Made by a program: the position numbers and the translations under genes. The notes below the pieces were generated by a model. That model worked only from the letters and a program-made list of their open reading frames with translations, was not told the origin of the DNA and ran no database searches. Shown here piece after piece: positions 57,840 through 64,000 of a stretch of 64,000 bases of DNA. The DNA is taken from the IMG/VR virus record IMGVR_UViG_2706794685_000007. One strand, 5' to 3'. The stretch is from an uncultured virus (IMG/VR IMGVR_UViG_2706794685_000007). Its lineage: Duplodnaviria; Heunggongvirae; Uroviricota; Caudoviricetes. Each line of letters opens with the position of its first letter. The stretch's first letter is position 1.

Positions 57840-58409
57840 TCAATTAGAGCTTTGAAAGGCTTTGTGTGGCTGTGTTGCGAGGTTATGTCGATGGCTTAAC
57901 TCACGCATCATGTCTTCAAGGCGACTCTTTGTGTCGTCGAGTTGGTCAGCCATTGCTCCTAAAAGCTGACGAACTACCATCGGATCGTCGCTGTTTAGTG
58001 ATGGCATTTTATAACCCGCCTGAGAAGACATCAGATTGAATGCTGACATCAACATCGTTAGAGAGGATTTAAGCCCGGCAATTTCACGATCTTTGCTGGC
58101 AATAATCGTCTCACTTTTGTTACTGTCATGAGTTCCTTGAGTCTCGATCACCATATCCAAAGTCTCTTGCAACTTATCAGCTCTCTGTTTTTCAGCAAGA
58201 TAATGAACACCGAAATGATGTGCTAAAGCTACAACCTGAGTTGGCTCTTCAAAGGTGGACTCAAAATTAAGTGCTGTAACCACTCTCTCAAAAATGGAAA
58301 CGTCTTCTATTCCTCGAAGAATGGCTAACATTTTGACAAGTTCATTAGCATCCATTTCTTCGAATAGGGCGTTTTGTTCATCAGCTATTGCTTTGCATTT
58401 CTCGCACAT
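57840..58409 (-). CDS. Coiled-coil hypothetical protein
   Basis: 189 aa, AAGGA RBS. Confidence 0.6.
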   Translation of the reverse strand: MCEKCKAIADEQNALFEEMDANELVKMLAILRGIEDVSIFERVVTALNFESTFEEPTQVVALAHHFGVHYLAEKQRADKLQETLDMVIETQGTHDSNKSETIIASKDREIAGLKSSLTMLMSAFNLMSSQAGYKMPSLNSDDPMVVRQLLGAMADQLDDTKSRLEDMMRELSHRHNLATQPHKAFQSSN

Positions 58410-58548
58410 ATGTTTTCCTTAATGCTTAAACAAGTTGTTTTCTTATTGGCTTTATTGTGATGTGGCATAAAAGGGGAGCAAGCTAAACGTAAAGGTGCAA
58501 ACTCTCTATTTCGGTCAACGAAACACAATGGCCATTTGACCCTTGTCA

Positions 58549-58707
58549 TTAACACGTTGCTTTACGGACTAGCGGATAAGCGAAGTAGATCGCCAGACCA
58601 ATGAGGACGCCATCAGAAATGACAGACATCATCTTTCCCGTAAAATCCACCAACACCGCCATCACCAGAAGAGCAATGACGGTCACAAGCCGGAATCTCT
58701 CAAGCAT
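58549..58707 (-). CDS. Small membrane protein (DUF3927-like)
   Basis: Manual translation MLERFRLVTVIALLVMAVLVDFTGKMMSVISDGVLIGLAIYFAYPLVRKATC; coupled to the TerB-like gene. Confidence 0.65.
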   Translation of the reverse strand: MLERFRLVTVIALLVMAVLVDFTGKMMSVISDGVLIGLAIYFAYPLVRKATC

Positions 58708-59132
58708 TAGAGATAAGCATCCAGTGACAACTGAAGCGCCTGGGCGATCTTTTTCAGCGCCTGCTCTTCTGGTTCATCAATGCCGTCTTGGTCGGCAATA
58801 TCAAGGCACAGACAAAGTACATCTACTGCATCATCAGTCCCGGCCACATCCGCCAGCTCACGTAAAGCCTGGGCATTAGCACGGCGCGGTGAGGCTTCGT
58901 ATTGAGCGCGGATATTGGCGCTCATCTGGGCAATCTCACCAGCAAAAGGAGAAAATGCAGGCAGAGCTGCAATTGTTTTCTCAAGAATGGAAATTTCTTT
59001 TGCATCGCATGTACCGTTGGCATAGGAGATCATGTACCCACCCCACACGGTGGCTTCAACCGCATCACGGTTCTCCATTTTTTTGACTTCGATAACTGCT
59101 TTACGAGTTTTCTTTTTGAAGAAACCTAACAT
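58707..59132 (-). CDS. TerB-family protein
   Basis: ENRDAVEA, IADQDGIDEPEEQALKKIAQALQL. Confidence 0.8.
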   Translation of the reverse strand: MLGFFKKKTRKAVIEVKKMENRDAVEATVWGGYMISYANGTCDAKEISILEKTIAALPAFSPFAGEIAQMSANIRAQYEASPRRANAQALRELADVAGTDDAVDVLCLCLDIADQDGIDEPEEQALKKIAQALQLSLDAYL

Positions 59133-59225
59133 GTGTTTTCCTTTTGTTATTGGTCAAAACAAGTTGTTTTCTAGTTAAATAAATTGCTTACGCAAAGACG
59201 GTCAATGCATATGCACTAACAACCG

Positions 59226-59414
59226 TCAGAAATAACCAAGTACCGAACCGACTGGAAAAATAAAAATCCCAACTACACGAGCCAAGGTCATGCCAGCCTG
59301 AAACTGGAGATCGCCAGAGCAAACAAGTTTTATAATGTTCGATACCCAACCGGCGGCCATGAGGGCAAGAATTGCCAGCCAAATTTTTCCAAAGTGATTT
59401 GAAAACCAGTTCAT
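59226..59414 (-). CDS. Small membrane protein
   Basis: GWVSNIIKL...ARVVGIFIFPVGSVLGYF. Confidence 0.65.
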   Translation of the reverse strand: MNWFSNHFGKIWLAILALMAAGWVSNIIKLVCSGDLQFQAGMTLARVVGIFIFPVGSVLGYF

Positions 59415-59423
59415 ACAACCGCC

Positions 59424-59918
59424 TTAGTCACAGCATGATCCTGAGTAACTGGATGAACTTGAGGTATCGCATCCACCGTCATCCCATCCAGAGTGACAGG
59501 TCGCTCTACTGGAGTGGTGGTAATTGTCGTCGACGGAGGTGTGGTGATGGATGAATCCGGCATCAAAAGGCTCTGACCGGCTGGAACGGCTACCGTCGCC
59601 AGTGAAACTATAATGAGAACGTAGGCCATTGGTTTCAGCCTCTTTCTTTGAAAATTTTCCATTCGAACTGTCCTTGTTGTTTTTCTCCTTCACTAAAGGC
59701 CGTGCATTTTTCGCTTCGCGTGAAGAACCAGAGGCAACAATCGCCCACACGTTCGCAACAACTGACGCTTGATTATCTAAACGTTCATTCAGCAACCGAA
59801 CGGTAGTCTCTAGTTCATCAAGGCGTGACATAACACGACCGCTAAATAATTCGGCCAAAATTTGACGTAAAGAACGAGGACGTTTAGTTACAGAAGTGAA
59901 ATAGGTTTGACGTGCCAT
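59424..59918 (-). CDS. Hypothetical protein with low-complexity Ser/His/Cys tail
   Basis: GGAG RBS before ATG 59918. Confidence 0.55.
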   Translation of the reverse strand: MARQTYFTSVTKRPRSLRQILAELFSGRVMSRLDELETTVRLLNERLDNQASVVANVWAIVASGSSREAKNARPLVKEKNNKDSSNGKFSKKEAETNGLRSHYSFTGDGSRSSRSEPFDAGFIHHHTSVDDNYHHSSRATCHSGWDDGGCDTSSSSSYSGSCCD

Positions 59919-60063
59919 GTGGACTCCATCCAGTGTCATAAAGAGTTGCGGCTGGCAATCGCCAGCCGCCTTTCTCGTTCCATCCTGGAACTGTGTCTTA
60001 CCGACACATTGTCATCCTGACGCCGATAAGATACATGATTTATAATGATAGGTAAACACTTAC

Positions 60064-60657
60064 TTACTGTTTGTTATAAACAAAACCAATATCTTTCTTG
60101 TGAGGCATATCTGCTGCTGAAAAAGCTGCGATCTTCGCGAGTCGATCACATATTTCATTTTCACGATGCCCGGCGTGACCTTTAACCCACTTCCAGCGAA
60201 CATTATGTCGACTTGCGGCCTCATCCAGACGCTTCCACAGATCAACATTCTTTACCGGTTTTTTGTCAGAAGTCATCCATCCATTGCGTTTCCACCATTT
60301 CATCCACTGTGTCATGCCGTTTTTCAGATACTGGCTATCAGAGTGCAAAATAACGTTGCATGGATATTTCAAACGCTCCAGCCCGATAAGTGCCCCCATC
60401 ATCTCCATGCGGTTATTGGTGGTGCTATGAAAACCATCTGAGAACTCGCGTTCCTCGCCACGATACTGGAGAACGATACCGTAACCGCCCGGGCCACCCG
60501 GATTTTTAAGGCAAGAGCCATCACTAAAGATTTTCACGGTTTTAAGCTGGGGATTGAACTCTACGACAGGCGTTGTGGGATTGGTGCGGGGAGAATTTTT
60601 GTTTTTGTCTTTTTTGCGAGTTTTTGCTTGCGGTCGGGCTGGTGTCTTCGTTGTCAT
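60064..60657 (-). CDS. rnhA: Ribonuclease HI
   Basis: [55 protein letters not shown] before ATG 60657; basic N-terminal extension. Confidence 0.95.
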   Translation of the reverse strand: MTTKTPARPQAKTRKKDKNKNSPRTNPTTPVVEFNPQLKTVKIFSDGSCLKNPGGPGGYGIVLQYRGEEREFSDGFHSTTNNRMEMMGALIGLERLKYPCNVILHSDSQYLKNGMTQWMKWWKRNGWMTSDKKPVKNVDLWKRLDEAASRHNVRWKWVKGHAGHRENEICDRLAKIAAFSAADMPHKKDIGFVYNKQ

Positions 60658-60744
60658 ATAAACTCCTGAATCAAGCGCCGCGCCGATTTTTCCTCGCGCG
60701 TGCGCACACGCGTGCGTGTTAATAATTATTAAAATAAACAAATT

Positions 60745-61196
60745 ACTTCCCAGAACAGGTTTTTATAAACCTGAACTGAACGAACGAAGTGAGTGAAGTT
60801 CACCTCGAACGAAGTGAGAGGTTGTCTTTTCAGGTAATACTCTCCCAGGGAGGTGAGTATAAAATTCCTCACCAACCTGGTCGTTTCATAACCTGAAAAG
60901 CTATGGTCTAAGTCTACTGCCAGCTTAGACTTGGGAAGTTATGGATGACAGCACCCCAGAACCGAGATCTTCCCACACTTTATGAAGGGGAGTACTGGAT
61001 TCAACCTCTCGAAACACCCCAGACTCGACAATCATAAAGTGACCCTTGTCTCCGCTCACTTTGGTTCCCCCTTCCCCGACACCTAAACGGCACCGGTTCT
61101 ACGCTGGTAGTGAGCTTTTTTAAACCTGACGCCAGTGACGCTTACCCCCACCCATCAGGTCGAGTCTCCAGTCTACGACTGGAAACTATCAGATCT
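60745..61196. other. Highly base-paired non-coding element (structured RNA or ssDNA)
   Basis: At least ten complementary segment pairs of 5-10 bp and no ORF of 60 aa or more in the track. Confidence 0.6.
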
Positions 61197-61238
61197 TAGC
61201 ACTTACAATTCATCTTATGAATAGTTTGTACTTATCTA

Positions 61239-61469
61239 TCATTTCGATTGATTATTTTCTCGACCATGTAGTTGAACATTCAAGGCAAACACCTCGTTGA
61301 TCAACTCACCTAAAAGCTGTTCAACAAGTTCGCGATGCTCCCCAAGATGCAAGCACTTAATTGCCCACTCGTACAAGTTGAAAGCCTGCTCACGATCTTT
61401 CATCATTTCACGAGCCTGGGCCAGAAAATCGCTGTCTACGAGCGCAACGACATTAGTCGGGTATGACAT
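61239..61469 (-). CDS. Hypothetical protein
   Basis: AAGGA RBS before ATG 61469. Confidence 0.6.
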   Translation of the reverse strand: MSYPTNVVALVDSDFLAQAREMMKDREQAFNLYEWAIKCLHLGEHRELVEQLLGELINEVFALNVQLHGRENNQSK

Positions 61470-61657
61470 GTTGGTTTCCTTAAAGTGGTTCATAAAATCG
61501 ATTTTAAAGCGTCTGGGAAGGGGGGTCTAGTGGATTCTGTAGTGATGTTCAGGTCTGGAGTCTCTGATACAAAACAGCCTGCTTCCGTATATTAATAATT
61601 AATATGTAGTTATTTATATATATACAGAAGCAGGCTAATTACAGACGCCAGAACAAA

Positions 61658-62251
61658 CTAAGCAGCCTTCTTTGATGGTCTTTTTTTCCTGATCACATTC
61701 GCAGGATCATACCCTCCCAGACTTTTCATGACGTCCAAAGGGATCTTGCTTATAGAGTGCCCAGCGTCCTGACAGAATCCTCGAAAAACAACGAGCATAC
61801 TGCCACCGGGGTTGATGTTTACTTCTACCTGACCCAAATTGACGTCAGGCTCGACAAACGCTACGCGGCCACCAGACAGAATAATCGTCTCATTCGCATA
61901 CTCTGTTGCACGCTCATACCACTTTGTATCGAGGGATTGAGGAATTAGCATCACTGTAGTAACTCCGCGAGCCTGCTCACGTATAGCAGCATCAATCCAG
62001 GGGGAGATTTTGGAGTAGGGTGGATTGAGGAAGGCAATTGTACCTGGCTGTCCCCATTCAGATTTCAAAGCATCACGCTCAATGCCTATGAAATTAGGCA
62101 GCTTTGCGTTGTCCTTGTTGCAGGCAACGTCAACATCAAATGTCACTCCAAGATAACGTTGAATGGCAGAAAACAGCCAATCAGGTGTTCTCCAGAGGTC
62201 ACGAAGAGAGTTGTCGCGCTTTCGCTGTTTGATTTTTTCGGCTGCAATCAT
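61658..62251 (-). CDS. Phage N6-adenine DNA methyltransferase
   Basis: DLWRTPDWLF, FDVDVA, FLNPPYS, DTKWY, GRVAF. Confidence 0.9.
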   Translation of the reverse strand: MIAAEKIKQRKRDNSLRDLWRTPDWLFSAIQRYLGVTFDVDVACNKDNAKLPNFIGIERDALKSEWGQPGTIAFLNPPYSKISPWIDAAIREQARGVTTVMLIPQSLDTKWYERATEYANETIILSGGRVAFVEPDVNLGQVEVNINPGGSMLVVFRGFCQDAGHSISKIPLDVMKSLGGYDPANVIRKKRPSKKAA

Positions 62252-62433
62252 CTTCTTTCTCGATAGGTAAGTAAATACCTATTTTTGCATTTGATTTTAT
62301 GTATGGCAATCAAATAAAACGCGCCAGAAATGCGAACAAGAAGCTCTCTGGCGCGTTTTTTTGGTGCTGGGTATGGGTTATCTTACCCAGCACTATAAAG
62401 CTCTCTATGGGCTTTATTTTCAGTAGGGGAACG

Positions 62434-63243
62434 TCATCCAATAGTGTACTCCGCGACAAACTTCTTAACGATCGGTGATTCTTCGTTCAATGTTAGATTT
62501 CCACCGTCTCTAACGGCAATTCCTGTAGCTGGAAATACAGCCATCATTTGCCCAGCCTGAGTTGACGCAGTGTTAAGCGGATACGGTTTTTCTGGATTGC
62601 TCATTAAAGCAATCTTAATACTATTACTTGTAGCCTTCTTTTCTGTAAGAAGGTGTCTCATGGAAATTACCGTGTAAACACTAATATCTGGACCTCCGCT
62701 AAACCAATTAAGAAGGTTTAATATCTTATCCTTCGCTTTGACAGGCGCGTTTTCGTAAGCGTCTAAGAAAATATCTTTTTCTAAGCCTGCTTTATTGAAA
62801 AACGAATCATCTTTATCACTTAAAGTAAAACTAGGACCTCTTGCAGCACGAGTTTTTTTATTTGTATTGCTATCATTTGACTGTTGAACTTTTAATTCAT
62901 CATTAACCTCAACACAATCTTCAACCTCAATGATCCCCAACTGTTCTGGCTCATTTTCGGCAGCTTCACCACTTTCAGCGTTAATTACGTTTATAGGCTC
63001 ATGCGCTAACTCCAACTCATTTAAAGCAGAGCTGAAATCACCTGCTTTTTCTTCATTGAACAGTTCTTCGGCAACATCATCAGAACTCATGGCTACGCCA
63101 GCATCGATGCCGAGAAGCAGATCGTCAATATCATCAGTATTTTCAACCTGTGCAGCTTTTTTTACTGGTTCATCAAGTGATTGCAACATGGCTGTCAGCT
63201 CATCCAGATCATCATTTGTCATTACATTTTCAACCGAACTCAT
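62434..63243 (-). CDS. Hypothetical protein with very acidic N-terminal half
   Basis: 269 aa; Asp/Glu-rich first ~130 aa. Confidence 0.7.
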   Translation of the reverse strand: MSSVENVMTNDDLDELTAMLQSLDEPVKKAAQVENTDDIDDLLLGIDAGVAMSSDDVAEELFNEEKAGDFSSALNELELAHEPINVINAESGEAAENEPEQLGIIEVEDCVEVNDELKVQQSNDSNTNKKTRAARGPSFTLSDKDDSFFNKAGLEKDIFLDAYENAPVKAKDKILNLLNWFSGGPDISVYTVISMRHLLTEKKATSNSIKIALMSNPEKPYPLNTASTQAGQMMAVFPATGIAVRDGGNLTLNEESPIVKKFVAEYTIG

Positions 63244-63403
63244 GTAAGTCTCCTTCTGTTTAGTTGCATTTGCGTTTCGATGGCTACATTTTGACTAAAC
63301 CTATCAGGCGGAAAAGTATTAAATACAGGCAGGAAATGATTGAAAGGCGACTGTTCTTTAAAAGAAAGCCTGCTTCAAACTCTCTTTAAAGCAGGCTTTT
63401 GTT

Positions 63404-63961
63404 TTACACAATTTCAGAGGGTAATTTAAAAAATCCGTATTTATTACGTGCCTTAAAGAAGCATTGCATCATTAAGTTTGTGTCATATAAGGCACTATGT
63501 GCTTTGGCATGATCGTATATAAAGCCAAGAGAGAAGGCCAATTCTTCAAGGCGAGGACGTTTACCGTCTTCTGTGGCCCACAATCCCGATAACATAGTAT
63601 CTATAACGGGAACGTCTGGCAGTCTTACTCCATACCCTGAAAACTCGTGTCTAATAAATGGTATATCAAACGCTTCGCCGTTATGAGCAACCCACGCACT
63701 ACATGCCTCCATATAAGCGCCAATTTCGCTAGCATGATTTGACAACAAAGGTTCAGCTGCGAGCTGTTCTAATGAAATGCCATGAACGGCTTGAGCTTTC
63801 GGATCTATGTTTCTGCGAGGGTTAAAACGCATCTCCAGACTATCAATATGTCTCTGTGTCTCCAGTTCATAGCGGGTAATTGCGATTTCAATAATTTTAT
63901 GACCAGCAAGGAAATCCAGTCCCGTAGACTCGATATCGATGCCTGCAACAATCGTTGTCAT
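63404..63961 (-). CDS. DEDDh 3'-5' exonuclease (DnaQ-like)
   Basis: DIESTGL, VAHNGEAFD, AHSALYD. Confidence 0.9.
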   Translation of the reverse strand: MTTIVAGIDIESTGLDFLAGHKIIEIAITRYELETQRHIDSLEMRFNPRRNIDPKAQAVHGISLEQLAAEPLLSNHASEIGAYMEACSAWVAHNGEAFDIPFIRHEFSGYGVRLPDVPVIDTMLSGLWATEDGKRPRLEELAFSLGFIYDHAKAHSALYDTNLMMQCFFKARNKYGFFKLPSEIV

Positions 63962-64000
63962 CAGAACTCCTTACAACTTCTTAGCGCCCTTAAGTAGTGC

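Larger units (their letters stand above)
1..64000. mobile_element. SSU5/pHCM2-like phage-plasmid (partial genome)
   Basis: Complete siphovirus head-tail-lysis gene set co-resident with ParA partitioning, a TA system, RNase H, DnaQ-like exonuclease and a ParB/ABC block beside the terminase; gene order recalls the SSU5/pHCM2 group. Confidence 0.85.

Noticed and set aside
58707..59132. Tellurite resistance operon
   Set aside because: Lone TerB-like gene of a kind common in phages; no other ter genes are present
60745..61196. Retron msr-msd, self-splicing intron or tRNA
   Set aside because: No reverse transcriptase in the window, no interrupted gene, and no recognisable intron core or cloverleaf by eye; a covariance-model search is still needed
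1..64000. CRISPR array, rRNA, tRNA, IS element, integrase or Rep initiator
   Set aside because: None recognised; the dispersed repeats lack regular repeat-spacer periodicity

Overview
The whole window looks like a segment of an SSU5/pHCM2-type enterobacterial phage-plasmid (siphovirus morphology genes plus ParA partitioning). No integrase or Rep initiator is visible inside the window. Left to right: a low-GC KAP-NTPase (truncated), parA plus a small partner, an AtaRT-type GNAT toxin-antitoxin pair, a lysis cassette, a long tail fibre with a T2/S16-type gp38 adhesin, a lambda-like tail (J-I-K-L-M-TMP-G/GT-TTP), head genes and terminases, a ParB-ParB-ABC ATPase-GNAT-wHTH block, an SF2 helicase, many small early genes, an apparently chromosome-derived metG-mrp(apbC) segment, a LexA-boxed UmuD'-like gene, a lambdoid Ea22/DUF551 cassette array, two adenine methyltransferases, displaced tail-tip genes, TerB, RNase H and a DnaQ-like exonuclease. 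The least explained signals are non-coding: a ~450-nt highly base-paired element directly upstream of RNase H, CsrA-type GGA hairpins in many late-gene leaders, two dispersed motif families (ATAGGTA-N6-TACCTAT and AACAANTTGTTTTCT), twin AT-cored inverted repeats and a strand-skewed repeat region. Two N gaps (4341-4623, 56785-57047) both interrupt probable receptor-binding genes. All family assignments come from motif recognition by eye, not from database searches.
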